Of a stretch of DNA of 64,000 bases, positions 29,797-39,753 are shown one piece after another. Source of the stretch: Planctomycetota bacterium. Its GTDB lineage: Bacteria; Planctomycetota; PLA2; JAEUHO01. The stretch spans positions 128,001 through 192,000 of the forward strand of contig CBDCWP010000038.1 of assembly GCA_965223505.1 (NCBI GenBank), given 5' to 3'. Position numbers and translations under genes: made by a program. The notes below the pieces were generated by a model that made no database searches, was not told the origin of the DNA, and saw only the letters and a program-made list of their open reading frames with translations. How positions within the stretch are numbered: position 1 is the stretch's first letter; each line of letters opens with the position of its first letter.

Positions 29797-32700
29797 ATGC
29801 CGCCCGACCGGCCCTCCCCGAAGATCGTTCCGCATCCGTGGCTACATCGCACCGGCTCGCGCTCGAAAGCCGCGCGGCACGACGCCGTGCACGCGGCCTA
29901 TGCCGAGCTGCAGGTCACCTCCAACTTCACGTTCTTGACCGGCGCCAGCAACCCGGAGGAGCTGGTCGAGCAGGCCGCGCATCTCGAGCACGGCGCGATC
30001 GCGCTGACCGACCGCAACACGCTGGGCGGTGTCGTTCGTGCGCACGTCGCGGCGCGTGAGACCGGCATGCCGTTCGTCGTCGGATGCCGGCTCGACTTCC
30101 TCGAAGAGACGGGCGCCGACGCGGTGCTCGTCTATCCGACCGACCGGGCGGCGTACGGCCGGTTGTGCGGGCTGCTCACGGTCGGCAAGCGCCGCGCACC
30201 GAAAGGGGAATGCCATCTCGCTCCGGCGGATCTGCTCGACCATCAAGAAGGGTTGCTGGCGGTCGTCGTGCCGCCCGAGGACCTGGACGGGTTCGCGGAA
30301 CGGGTTCGCTCGCTCGGCGCCGTCTTCGACGACGACCGGCTCTCCATCGCGACCTCGTGTCTATACGGAACGAACGACGAGCGGCGCCTGCAGCGGCTCA
30401 TGGAGATCAGCGGCACGACCGGCGTCCCGTTGGTCGCGACCAACGACGTGCACTACCACTTGCCGGAGCGGCGGGCGTTGCAGGACGTGCTCACCTGCGT
30501 GCGGCATGGCTGCACGCTCGACGAGGCCGGCTTCCGGCTCTTCCCGCACGGCGAACGGCATCTGAAGCCCGCGCACCGCATGGCGCGTCTGTTCCGGGCC
30601 TGTCCCGAGGCGCTCGAGCGCACCTCGGAGATCGCAGAGCGCGCGTCCCGGTTCTCCCTCGACGAGCTGCGCTACCAGTACCCGGAGGAAACGCGTCCGC
30701 CGGGCACGACGCCGATGGAACACCTGATCGCGCTGACGTGGGAGGGCGCGGAAGAGCGCTATCCCGACGGCATCCCCGCGCAGGTCCGGCGTTCGCTCGA
30801 ACACGAGTTCGCCGTCATCGCGGAGCTCAACTACGCGCCCTACTTCCTGACCGTTCACGACATCGTCGCGTTTGCGCGTTCGCGCGGGATCCTCTGCCAG
30901 GGACGCGGCGCGGCGGCCAACTCGGCTGTGTGCTATTGCCTCGGTGTGACCGCGGTCGATCCCGACAAGGTGTCGCTCCTGTTCGAGCGCTTCGTGAGCA
31001 AGGAGCGCGACGAGCCGCCGGACATCGACGTCGACTTCGAGCACGAGCGGCGCGAAGAGGTGCTGCAGTACGTCTACGAGAAGTACGGCCGTGATCGCGC
31101 CGCGTTGACCGCCGAGGTCATCACCTACCGCGGCCGCAGCGCCGTGCGCGACGTCGGCAAGGCGCTCGGCTTGTCGCTGGACCTGGTGGACCGGCTCGCC
31201 AAGAACGTGGGGTGGGAGCTCGAGAGCTTCCAGGACGACCGGTTGCGCGAGATCGGCGTCGACCCGTCGAACCCGATGATCGGGCGCTTGCTCTCGCTGT
31301 GCGAGGACGTCATCGGGTTCCCACGCCACCGCTCGCAGCACGTCGGCGGGTTCGTCATCACGCGCGACCGGCTCTGCGAGCTCGTCCCCATCGAGAACTG
31401 CGCCATGGACGACCGCACGGTGATCGAGTGGGACAAGGACGACATCGACGCGATGGGCATGCTGAAGGTGGACCTGCTCGCACTCGGGATGCTGACCTGC
31501 GTTCGCAAGGCGATCCAACTGGTGAACGGCGCGCCGCGGGCCGCGTCGGAGAACGCCGGCCGTTTGGAGGAGCGCGCCAAGGCGTTCGAGCGTCACGGTC
31601 TGACGTTGCACACGATCCCCGCGGAAGACCCGGCCGTCTACGACATGATCTGCAAGGCCGACACGGTCGGCGTCTTCCAGATCGAGTCGCGCGCGCAGAT
31701 GGCGATGTTGCCGCGGCTTCGGCCGCGCGAGTTCTACGATCTGGTCATCGAGGTCGCGATCGTGCGGCCCGGCCCGATTCACGGCGGGATGGTGCATCCC
31801 TACCTGCGCCGGCGCGCGGGCGAGGAAGCGCCCGAGGTCCACGAACCGAAGGTGCAGAAGATCCTCGGCAAGACGTTGGGCGTGCCGCTCTTCCAGGAGC
31901 AGGCCATGGCGTTGGCCGTGGAGGCCGGCGGCTTCACGCCCGGCGAGGCCGACGAGCTGCGCCGTTCGATGGCGGCGTGGAAGCGCAAGGGCAAGGAGAT
32001 CGAGCGCTTCGGCCGCAAGCTGATCGCGGGCATGCAGGAACGCGGATACCCGCTCGAGTTCGCGGAGCGGTGCTACAAGCAAATCCAGGGTTTCAGCGAG
32101 TACGGCTTCCCGGAGTCGCACGCGGCGAGCTTCGCGTTGCTCGTGTACGTATCGGCGTGGCTCAAGTGCTATCACCCCGCGGCCTTCGCCGCCGCGCTCA
32201 TCAACAGCCAGCCGATGGGCTTCTACGCGCCGGCGCAGATCGTGCGGGATGCGCGCGACCACGGCGTCGAGGTGCGCGCCGTCGACGTCAATCACAGCGA
32301 TTGGGACTGCACGCTCGAATACGACACGCTCGCGTCCGGCGCATCCGGGCCGGCCTTGCGCCTGGGGATGCGGCTCGTGCGGGGGTTGCGCGAGAACGAC
32401 GCGCGGCGTGTGCGCTCGGCCGTCGAGTGTTTCGGACGCTTCGACACGCCCGAGGCGTTACATCGTTCCTGCCGTGTCACGGTACAGGGGCTGCGGCGAC
32501 TCGCATACGGCGATGCGTTTCGTTCGATGTCGCTCGATCGTCAGGAAGCGTTGTGGCGCATGCGCTCGATTCGGGACGAGGAGCTACCGTTGTTCGAGCG
32601 CGCGTACGTCCAATGCGTACAGGAACGTCCGAACTTGCCGGAGGTGACGCGCATGAAGGAGGTGGTGCATGACTACGCGTCGGCGCAGCTGTCGCTGAAG

Positions 32701-33075
32701 GCCCATCCGTTCTCCTTCCTGCGCCACGAGGTCCGGCAGCGCCACGTCACGCCCGCGCAGGCGTTCGCAGACGAGCAGCGTTGGCCGCATCGAACGCCGG
32801 GCGCGGTGGCGGGGCTCGTGCTCTCGCGTCAGCGTCCGTCGACGGCGAAGGGCATCGTCTTCCTCACGCTGGAGGACGAGACGGGGGTCGCGAACGTCAT
32901 CGTCAAGCCGCGGGTCTTCGAGCGGCACTGGCAGATCACACGGCGGGCGCGCATCGTGATCGTGCGCGGGCACATCGAACGCCAGGGCGAGGTGGTGCAC
33001 ATGATCGCACGCGAGCTCGAGAGCCTGGACACGCTGATGTCCGAGATTGCCTCCCGATCACGCGACTTCCATTAG
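29797..33075 (+). CDS. dnaE2: Error-prone DNA polymerase DnaE2 (ImuC)
   Basis: PHP domain, PPDIDVDFEH, YGFPESH, C-terminal SRDFH. Confidence 0.97.
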   Translation: MPPDRPSPKIVPHPWLHRTGSRSKAARHDAVHAAYAELQVTSNFTFLTGASNPEELVEQAAHLEHGAIALTDRNTLGGVVRAHVAARETGMPFVVGCRLDFLEETGADAVLVYPTDRAAYGRLCGLLTVGKRRAPKGECHLAPADLLDHQEGLLAVVVPPEDLDGFAERVRSLGAVFDDDRLSIATSCLYGTNDERRLQRLMEISGTTGVPLVATNDVHYHLPERRALQDVLTCVRHGCTLDEAGFRLFPHGERHLKPAHRMARLFRACPEALERTSEIAERASRFSLDELRYQYPEETRPPGTTPMEHLIALTWEGAEERYPDGIPAQVRRSLEHEFAVIAELNYAPYFLTVHDIVAFARSRGILCQGRGAAANSAVCYCLGVTAVDPDKVSLLFERFVSKERDEPPDIDVDFEHERREEVLQYVYEKYGRDRAALTAEVITYRGRSAVRDVGKALGLSLDLVDRLAKNVGWELESFQDDRLREIGVDPSNPMIGRLLSLCEDVIGFPRHRSQHVGGFVITRDRLCELVPIENCAMDDRTVIEWDKDDIDAMGMLKVDLLALGMLTCVRKAIQLVNGAPRAASENAGRLEERAKAFERHGLTLHTIPAEDPAVYDMICKADTVGVFQIESRAQMAMLPRLRPREFYDLVIEVAIVRPGPIHGGMVHPYLRRRAGEEAPEVHEPKVQKILGKTLGVPLFQEQAMALAVEAGGFTPGEADELRRSMAAWKRKGKEIERFGRKLIAGMQERGYPLEFAERCYKQIQGFSEYGFPESHAASFALLVYVSAWLKCYHPAAFAAALINSQPMGFYAPAQIVRDARDHGVEVRAVDVNHSDWDCTLEYDTLASGASGPALRLGMRLVRGLRENDARRVRSAVECFGRFDTPEALHRSCRVTVQGLRRLAYGDAFRSMSLDRQEALWRMRSIRDEELPLFERAYVQCVQERPNLPEVTRMKEVVHDYASAQLSLKAHPFSFLRHEVRQRHVTPAQAFADEQRWPHRTPGAVAGLVLSRQRPSTAKGIVFLTLEDETGVANVIVKPRVFERHWQITRRARIVIVRGHIERQGEVVHMIARELESLDTLMSEIASRSRDFH

Positions 33076-33250
33076 GCTCTGTTTGGAGATGCCGCGTCGC
33101 GAGCCCGGGGAGACCGATGCGAGCCCGAGCCCGAACGAGCGGTTCTCGCCGCAGGCGGGCTCTGTGCCCGTCGAGGACGAGGTTCCGAGTTCGGACCGGG
33201 CACAGCAAGAGGATCGTCGGGCGCAGCAGCGGCAGTTTCCAAACAGAGCC
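33075..33250 (+). mobile_element. MITE-like element, copy 1 (176 bp)
   Basis: Perfect 13-bp TIRs GGCTCTGTTTGGA/TCCAAACAGAGCC, TA on both flanks, self-complementary body. Confidence 0.8.
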
Positions 33251-33252
33251 TA

Positions 33253-33636
33253 GGCGGCTCGCTGGATGGCGGCGCTGCGCCGCGTCGTCGTTGCGTGGCA
33301 GGGCGGATCGCTGGATGCTCGGCGGCGCTAGGCACCGCGTCGTCGTTGCGTGGCAGGGCGGATCGCTGGATGCTCGGCGGCGCTAGGCACCGCGTCGTCG
33401 TTGCGTGGCAGGGCGGATCGCTGGATGCTCGGCGGCGCTAGGCACCGCGTCGTCGTTGCGTGGCAGAAGGCGGCTCGCTGGATGCTCGGCGGCGCTAGGC
33501 ACCGCGTCGTCGTTGCGTGACAGAAGGCGGCTCGCTGGATGCTCGGCGGCGCTAGGCACCGCGTCGTCGTTGCGTGGCAGAAGGCGGCTCGCTGGATGCT
33601 CGGCGGCGCTGCGCCGCGTCGTCGTTGCGTGGCAGA
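33253..33636. repeat. Tandem array of 7 units (about 49-57 bp)
   Basis: Unit GGCGGMTCGCTGGATGCTCGGCGGCGCTAGGCACCGCGTCGTCGTTGCGTGGCAG(AA) starting at 33253, 33302, 33357, 33412, 33469, 33526, 33583; no unique spacers. Confidence 0.95.
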
Positions 33637-33708
33637 CCACGCGGCCTCCTCCGCGGCTTTGCGGCGCCTTCGCCCCAGCGACCCGCCGTTCATGCGCGTG
33701 CGAAGGTC

Positions 33709-33732
33709 GGGGACCCTCGTGGTCGCCCCTAC
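33709..33732 (-). repeat. GTAG-type REP-like palindrome
   Basis: GTAG-GGGCGACC-ACGAG-GGTCCCC; overlaps the TAG stop of the transglutaminase gene. Confidence 0.6.
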
Positions 33733-35348
33733 ATCCGCACCAGACGCACGCCGTCCGCGACCTGCCACTTGTACGCGCTGTCGTTCTTCGGGTGGATCGA
33801 GTACGCGACACCCGGCTTCATCTTGGCGAGCTCGCTCCGCTCGAGAACGAACCGGAACTCCCGCTCCGAACCGTCACCGGACGTGAAGAAGTACCCCGTC
33901 GCCCGCGCGAACACGTTCGGAAGTCCCTCGGCCTTGAGCACGACGTTCGGATCCGACTTGTCCCGGAAGGGCCGGTACTGGACGTACGTCGCGTTCGAGA
34001 ACCACTCCTTCGCGTGGAAGTAGAAGACGCCCGCCCCCTTCGGACCGAGGACCCTGCTGCCCTTCAGCCCTGGCGGCATGTCCGCGGATCCCTCCCAATA
34101 CGCCTTCGCGACCGTCAGCGTCTTGTGCGCCGGAGGCCCGCACGGCCGGGCGCCGCCTTCGGGCTCCGGATTCGGGATCGCGGCGTGCCGGCCGAAGCGG
34201 TCCGACACCTCGAGCGTGCGGTACGGATTGCTGAACGGAAACACCTCGCTGCGCGCGCCCTTCGCGTAGCGCATGCCCCAGGTTTCGCCGAGCTTCGCCT
34301 CGCTCAAGTCGCGGAACGTGTGCACGTGCGTCATCAAGCCCATGTAGCGGGGGTTGAGGATGTTGTCGCCGAGCTTCTCGTAGTTGAGACGGCGCCAGCG
34401 GCCGCCGACCCAGACCTCGTTGAAGGTGTGCGCGTTGAAGCTCGTCGAGCCGGGCTGCACGCCGGCGCAGATGATGCGGCGCACCTCGTGATGCGTGATG
34501 CACTTGTCCACCATCTCGACCTGCTTCGGATCGGACGCGTCGATGAGCGGAATGGCCACGATCATCCGCGTGGGAACGCCCGCGGCGCGCAGGGCGGTCG
34601 TCAGGTAGATCGCCGACGAGGTGCACGTGCCCCGGGTCTCGTTCTCGAACATGGACTTGCCGAAGAGCTCGTGCGCGAACTGCTGCTCGGTCGACCACTC
34701 GCTGTTGCCCCGGCCGGCGAGGAAGTTCCTCTCGCACCCGGGAAGCACGCGCGGCTTGCCGTCCTCGAAGCCCACGAAGTAGGTGCAGAACATGCCGCTC
34801 GAACGCGCTCTCCTGACGAGCCAGAGCGCGACGGCCTCCACGAACGCGCGGTCCGTCATCTTGCGCGCGTCGATCCCCTTCTCGTCCAGCTCGGCCAGCA
34901 CCCGCTCGCGCATCGCGTCGTCCCAGTTCGTCGTGATGCCGGGCTTGATGTCGTCCGGCTGGGCGACGAACGCCGCCATGCGCCAGTCCTTCTGCGCTTC
35001 GATGCCCTCCGCGACCCTGTTCAGCGGGTAGTGCACGACCTCGAGCTCGATGTACTCGTCGGTCTCCTTGCGAACGCGGGCGTCCTGATAGTCGTCGGTG
35101 AGATGCGCCTTGTTGTAGGGCGGCATCACGCGCACGACCGTGCGAATCGTGTAGGCGTACTCGCGGCGCTCGTCCCAGTCGCCATCCGGCTTCCCGTCGC
35201 CGTCGCTGTCCGGCTTCTTCGGGTCGGTGAAGTGCTTGTGAATCTCGCGGAAGTCCGAGAGACCGTCGCCGTCGGTGTCCACGTCGTCCGCCCATGCCGG
35301 CGACGACCAAAGCAATGCCGCGATCATGGCGCTGACCATCAACCTCAT
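33729..35348 (-). CDS. Secreted transglutaminase-like protein with N-terminal DxDGDG Ca-binding repeats
   Basis: Signal peptide, DTDGDGLSD, GTCTSSA...GVPTR, HTFNEV...GRWRRLN; GGAGGG RBS. Confidence 0.82.
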   Translation of the reverse strand: MRLMVSAMIAALLWSSPAWADDVDTDGDGLSDFREIHKHFTDPKKPDSDGDGKPDGDWDERREYAYTIRTVVRVMPPYNKAHLTDDYQDARVRKETDEYIELEVVHYPLNRVAEGIEAQKDWRMAAFVAQPDDIKPGITTNWDDAMRERVLAELDEKGIDARKMTDRAFVEAVALWLVRRARSSGMFCTYFVGFEDGKPRVLPGCERNFLAGRGNSEWSTEQQFAHELFGKSMFENETRGTCTSSAIYLTTALRAAGVPTRMIVAIPLIDASDPKQVEMVDKCITHHEVRRIICAGVQPGSTSFNAHTFNEVWVGGRWRRLNYEKLGDNILNPRYMGLMTHVHTFRDLSEAKLGETWGMRYAKGARSEVFPFSNPYRTLEVSDRFGRHAAIPNPEPEGGARPCGPPAHKTLTVAKAYWEGSADMPPGLKGSRVLGPKGAGVFYFHAKEWFSNATYVQYRPFRDKSDPNVVLKAEGLPNVFARATGYFFTSGDGSEREFRFVLERSELAKMKPGVAYSIHPKNDSAYKWQVADGVRLVRM

Positions 35349-35397
35349 CGCGCCCTCCAGGCCCCCAGGATACGGAGACTTGCAGGCGCCGCGACGA

Positions 35398-35572
35398 GGC
35401 TCCGTTTGGAAGCTGCCGCTGCTGCGCCCGACGATTCTCTTGCTGCGCCCGGCCCGAACTCGGAACCTCGTCCTCGACGGGCACAGAGCCCGCCTGCGGC
35501 GAGAACCGCTCGTTCGGCGCGGGCTCGCATCGGTCTCCCCGGGCTCGCGACGCAGCATTTCCAAACAGAGCC
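35398..35572 (-). mobile_element. MITE-like element, copy 2 (175 bp), inverted relative to copy 1
   Basis: Reverse complement of 33075-33250 with about 10 differences; TIRs GGCTCTGTTTGGA/TCCAAACGGAGCC. Confidence 0.8.
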
Positions 35573-36264
35573 TAGCCGAACACGACCTGCCAACCGATCG
35601 ACAGGATCGCGACGTCGGCGATGGCGTGACTGAGCGCGCCGGGCCAGATCGACGCGTACCGGTGGTAACACCACGACCACACCGCGCCGCCGACGAACAC
35701 GCCCGCCGTGCCGACGAGGGTGATGTCCCACGGCACGAAGGCGCGCAGCACGATCACGTGGTGAGCGGCGAAGATGGCGGCGGAGACGAGCACCGCCGCC
35801 CCGGCCGGCATGAGCGCGCGCGCTCGTGTGAAGACGAACCAGCGGAACGCGTATTCTTCGAGCACCGAATTCACGCAGATCAGCCACAAGCTCCCGGCGA
35901 TGAAGGCCCCCCTCGTGTCGAGCCCCGCTTCGGCGACGACCGTCCGAATCACACCCAGGTCGATGCGGTCGGCGATGAAGAGCGCCCACGCCGCCCAGAT
36001 CGTCGCGCCGACGAGCACGCCGAGCCCGGTCGCCGCCGCGAACCCGCCCTGCCTCGGTGGCGACGCACTCGGCCTGCGCCGGTCCACGAGGAGAAGCCAG
36101 ACGATCGGCAGTCCGTAGAGCACGATCTTGCCGAGCGCGTAGCCGACGCTGCCGACCGCAGTGCCCCGCGCGACCCAACACGCCAGGTACGCCCCGATCG
36201 ACGGCGCCGGCGTGATGATCAGCAGGGCGATCAGCGCGTTGCGCTTGGCGGCGGCGTCATTCAC
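35572..36264 (-). CDS. CPBP (CAAX/Abi) intramembrane metalloprotease
   Basis: EEYAFR, FAAHH and SHAIAD motifs; multiple TMs. Confidence 0.88.
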   Translation of the reverse strand: MNDAAAKRNALIALLIITPAPSIGAYLACWVARGTAVGSVGYALGKIVLYGLPIVWLLLVDRRRPSASPPRQGGFAAATGLGVLVGATIWAAWALFIADRIDLGVIRTVVAEAGLDTRGAFIAGSLWLICVNSVLEEYAFRWFVFTRARALMPAGAAVLVSAAIFAAHHVIVLRAFVPWDITLVGTAGVFVGGAVWSWCYHRYASIWPGALSHAIADVAILSIGWQVVFG

Positions 36265-36325
36265 GGCGGCACGGTACCGCGCGGGTGAGCCCCAGCCCTA
36301 TACTCTCGCGCGAAGGAGTTCGATC

Positions 36326-37864
36326 ATGTTCAAACGCCTCGTCGCCGTGGTGTTCCTCGCCGCCGTCTTCACGCCGTGCGCGGAGGCGGAAGAGGTCACC
36401 CTCGTCGAAGACCGCTACGTCGAAGAGGCGCTGAAGCAGGCCGGGACGAACCGACCCGAGCTCGAAAAGGTGCTCGACCACTACGCCGAGAACGGCTTGA
36501 AGCGTTCAGCGGCTCGATTCCTGATCGCGAACATGCCCGGAAAGGGCTACATCGTCACGGAGCTGCGCGACGCCGAGGGCAACCGCGTCGAATACGACCC
36601 GCTGTCGTACCCCGACTTCAAGGCCGCCCTCGAAGCACTCGAAGCGCTGGAGAAGAAGCACGGCGAGCTCGACTTCGCCCGCGATCACGTGGTGAGCGAC
36701 CTCGAGACGATCACGGCCGAGTTCCTGATTCGTCACATCGACCGTTCCTTCGGCGGCTGGAACGCGGTGCCGGCGAAGGAGCGCGTCGGGTTCGAGGCGT
36801 TTCTCAACTTCGTGCTTCCGTACCGCGGCAGCCAGGAGCCGATCGACGACTGGATCACGCCGCTGCAGCAACGTTACGCCGCCCGCGTGCGCAAGCTCGG
36901 CGACTCGCTGACGAGCGCCGAGCTGTACAAGTGGCTCAGCCAGGACGTGCACAAGCGCTTCCGGTTCAACGAGCGCTACTACCTTCATCCGACCGACCAG
37001 GGCTTCACGGAGATGGGCCGCTCGGGCCAGGGCCGCTGCGAAGACATCACCAACATGATCACGTTCGCGGCGCGCAGCGTCGCCATCGCGACCGCTGCCG
37101 ACTACACCCCCGCCTGGGCGCATCGTGACAACAATCACGCGTGGAACGTGTTGCTGGACGCGAACGGCAGGGGCTTCGCCAAGTCGAACGCGCACGCCGC
37201 GAAGGTCTACCGGAAGACCTACGCGATCCAGCGCGCCTGCCTCGCCTTCCAGCTTCCCGAAGGCCGCGAGGCGCCCAATCGCTTCCTGAAGAGCACGTCC
37301 TACATCGACGTGACGGACCAGTACGCCCCGACCACCGACGTGACCTTGACGCTCTCCGAAGGCGCCGCCGGCGGCGAGACGTTCGCCTACCTCTGCGTGT
37401 TCAACGGGGGGAAGTGGGTCGCGATCGACTGGGGCCGCATCGGCGACGGCGTCGTCGGCTTCCGGTCGATGGGCCGCAACATCGTGTACCTGCCGGCGAT
37501 TCACGACGGCGAGAAGCTGATCGCCGTCGCGCCGCCGCTGATCATCCACAAGGACGGCGCCGTCGAGACGCTCACAGGCGACGGCGCCGAGTCGTCGGTT
37601 TCGCTCACATCGGTCAGTCCGAAGAAGAAGAGCCCCGACACGGGCGTGGTGACGCCGAAGTCGTTCCTGAAGAACGGCGAGACCTACGTGCTGAAGCGCT
37701 GGACGGAAGGCAGGTGGGAACCTGTTTCGGAGTTCACCGCGAAGGACGAGCCGGTCGCGATCGACCGCCTCGCCGTCGACGGACTCTACTGGCTGGTCAA
37801 GAAGGAGTCGCGCCGGCTCGAGCGCGTCTTCACGATCGCCGACGGCAAGCAGAAGTTCTGGTAG
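36326..37864 (+). CDS. Secreted transglutaminase-like protein
   Basis: AAGGAG RBS, signal peptide, ALKQAGTNRPELEKVL, GRCED, NHAWN, AKVYRKTY. Confidence 0.85.
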   Translation: MFKRLVAVVFLAAVFTPCAEAEEVTLVEDRYVEEALKQAGTNRPELEKVLDHYAENGLKRSAARFLIANMPGKGYIVTELRDAEGNRVEYDPLSYPDFKAALEALEALEKKHGELDFARDHVVSDLETITAEFLIRHIDRSFGGWNAVPAKERVGFEAFLNFVLPYRGSQEPIDDWITPLQQRYAARVRKLGDSLTSAELYKWLSQDVHKRFRFNERYYLHPTDQGFTEMGRSGQGRCEDITNMITFAARSVAIATAADYTPAWAHRDNNHAWNVLLDANGRGFAKSNAHAAKVYRKTYAIQRACLAFQLPEGREAPNRFLKSTSYIDVTDQYAPTTDVTLTLSEGAAGGETFAYLCVFNGGKWVAIDWGRIGDGVVGFRSMGRNIVYLPAIHDGEKLIAVAPPLIIHKDGAVETLTGDGAESSVSLTSVSPKKKSPDTGVVTPKSFLKNGETYVLKRWTEGRWEPVSEFTAKDEPVAIDRLAVDGLYWLVKKESRRLERVFTIADGKQKFW

Positions 37865-37867
37865 TCG

Positions 37868-38647
37868 ATGCTCTCGCCCGACCGCTGGCTGTGGATCGGA
37901 GGCATCGCGCTCATCCTCTCGTTCGCGCTGCCCGTCGTTTCCGATGGGCGCTCCGGCCTCGAGCTGGAGTGGGCGTGGGAGACGTGGCAGCCCGCGACCT
38001 ACGCCATTCTCTTTGCCCGGCTTCTTCCTGCGGTGCTCGGCCTCGTCGCGTTGGCGTTCATACGCCCCCTGAACACGAGCAGGCGGGGAGCGGCCCTATT
38101 CGCCGTCACGGTGCTGTTCGCGGCGTGGCACTTCGTCGCCGGCGACACACCGGTGAATCTCTGGATGCGCTTCGACGCAGGTGTGCGAATCGGCACGCAC
38201 ACGCACTTGGGCGCGTACCTGCTCGTGGGCATTTCGACGGTCGTGGCCGGCCAGGCCCTGCCGACCCGCGGCATGCTGATGTTCGGTGGACTCTGGCTCC
38301 TGGCGGGTTACGCGATTCCGCACCGTGGCGGCGAGCCGTTGGCCGTGGCGTTTTTCGAGTCCGACTGGCGAGACGCGTGGCACCCGTTGGTCTGCCTCGC
38401 GACGCTCGCATCCATCGCGGTTGCGGCGCTCTTCGGACTGCACAGCCTCGTGCGATGGCTGCTGCTGGGACTCGCCGTTGCCGGGCCCGTCCTCTTCGTC
38501 TGGAACCTGGACGTACACCAATCCCGTATCGACCTCTGGTTCGCGTCCACGGTGACCCTGCGTGGGGTGTGTCTCTACTACGGCTTCGTGATGCTCTCGG
38601 CCGCGGGCCTCGTCGCCGCGCGCGGCGGCGCTTTGAACCGACCCTGA
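37868..38647 (+). CDS. Hypothetical polytopic membrane protein
   Basis: About 7 hydrophobic segments; starts 3 nt after the upstream gene. Confidence 0.6.
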   Translation: MLSPDRWLWIGGIALILSFALPVVSDGRSGLELEWAWETWQPATYAILFARLLPAVLGLVALAFIRPLNTSRRGAALFAVTVLFAAWHFVAGDTPVNLWMRFDAGVRIGTHTHLGAYLLVGISTVVAGQALPTRGMLMFGGLWLLAGYAIPHRGGEPLAVAFFESDWRDAWHPLVCLATLASIAVAALFGLHSLVRWLLLGLAVAGPVLFVWNLDVHQSRIDLWFASTVTLRGVCLYYGFVMLSAAGLVAARGGALNRP

Positions 38648-38664
38648 CCGCGCGCTGTTCGCGC

Positions 38665-39753
38665 TCAGTGGCCGCGCTTCCTGCGCATGCGCGGGTCGCC
38701 GCGTATCCGCTTGTGCCAGGCCTTGGTCTGCTTCTTCCACTTCTGCTTCGCTTCGACGCGTAGCTTCTGGTTCTGCTTGCGCGCGACGAATTCCATCTCG
38801 CGCAGCATCTTTCCGTAGCTCTCGTAGCGATCCGGATCGAGCCGGCCGTCCTCCAGCGCCTCGCGCACGGCGCAGCCCGGCTCGCTCTCGTGGCGGCAGT
38901 CCCGAAAGCGGCACGCGTCCATGAGCGCCTCGATCTCCCCGAACGCGCCCTTGAGCCCCTCGCTCGCCTCCCACAGCCCGAGCTCGCGCATGCCGGGCGT
39001 GTCCATCAGCAGGCCCCCACCCGGAATCTCGACGATCTGACGGTTCGTGGTCGTATGGCGCCCGCGGTCGTCGGACTCGCGAATCTCGCGCACGAGTTGC
39101 ACGTCGTCGCCGACGATGCGATTGATCAACGTCGACTTGCCGACGCCGGAGGAGCCGATGACGGCGATCGTCCGACCGGGGCCCACGTATGGCTCGATGA
39201 CCCCGAGCCCGCGCTCGTAGAGCGCGCTGATCGGGTGGATCGGAACGCCGCTCGCCACGGCCTTCGCCTCGACGAGACGATGGAGATCGTCGCACAGGTC
39301 GATCTTGTTGAGCAGGATCACGGGTTGCGCGCCTGCCTCCCAGATCATCGTGAGATAGCGCTCGATACGACGCGGATTGAAGTCACGATTGAGCGAGACG
39401 ACGAGGAAGACGGTATCCAGGTTGGCGGCCACGATCTGTGCGTCGACGGATCGACGCGCTGCGCGGCGCATTAAGGCGCCGGTGCGCGGCAGCAGATCCT
39501 GGACGAGCGCGCGGTCCGACCCGGCGGGCCGTTCGACCAACACCCAGTCACCGACCGCAGGACGATCCAGTCCGGCGGCCTCGTGACGAAAGCGGCCGGA
39601 CGGAACCGCCCAAGGCGCGTCCGTCTCCGTGCATACGCGCCAGCGCCCCCGTTGTTCCTCGATGACGCGCGCGGGCTCCAGCCCGTCGCGCCGCTTGATC
39701 TCGAACGCCTCCTGGAAGTGGGCGTTCCATCCGAATTGCTGTAGGCGGTTCAA
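38665..39753 (-). CDS. rsgA: Ribosome small subunit-dependent GTPase A
   Basis: NKID, GSSGVGKS, GRHTTT, DTPG and CRFRDCRHESEPGC motifs. Confidence 0.95.
   Translation of the reverse strand: MNRLQQFGWNAHFQEAFEIKRRDGLEPARVIEEQRGRWRVCTETDAPWAVPSGRFRHEAAGLDRPAVGDWVLVERPAGSDRALVQDLLPRTGALMRRAARRSVDAQIVAANLDTVFLVVSLNRDFNPRRIERYLTMIWEAGAQPVILLNKIDLCDDLHRLVEAKAVASGVPIHPISALYERGLGVIEPYVGPGRTIAVIGSSGVGKSTLINRIVGDDVQLVREIRESDDRGRHTTTNRQIVEIPGGGLLMDTPGMRELGLWEASEGLKGAFGEIEALMDACRFRDCRHESEPGCAVREALEDGRLDPDRYESYGKMLREMEFVARKQNQKLRVEAKQKWKKQTKAWHKRIRGDPRMRRKRGH

Noticed and set aside
33253..33636. Possible CRISPR array
   Set aside because: Units abut without unique spacers and there are no cas genes in the window
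33072..34023. Repetitive ORFs across the tandem array, and the 5' extension of the transglutaminase ORF to 35564
   Set aside because: Translations of repeat/MITE DNA; the real gene has an RBS and signal peptide at 35348
33075..35572. Integron attC sites or gene cassette
   Set aside because: No RYYYAAC/GTTRRRY cores, copies are inverted rather than direct, and there is no integrase
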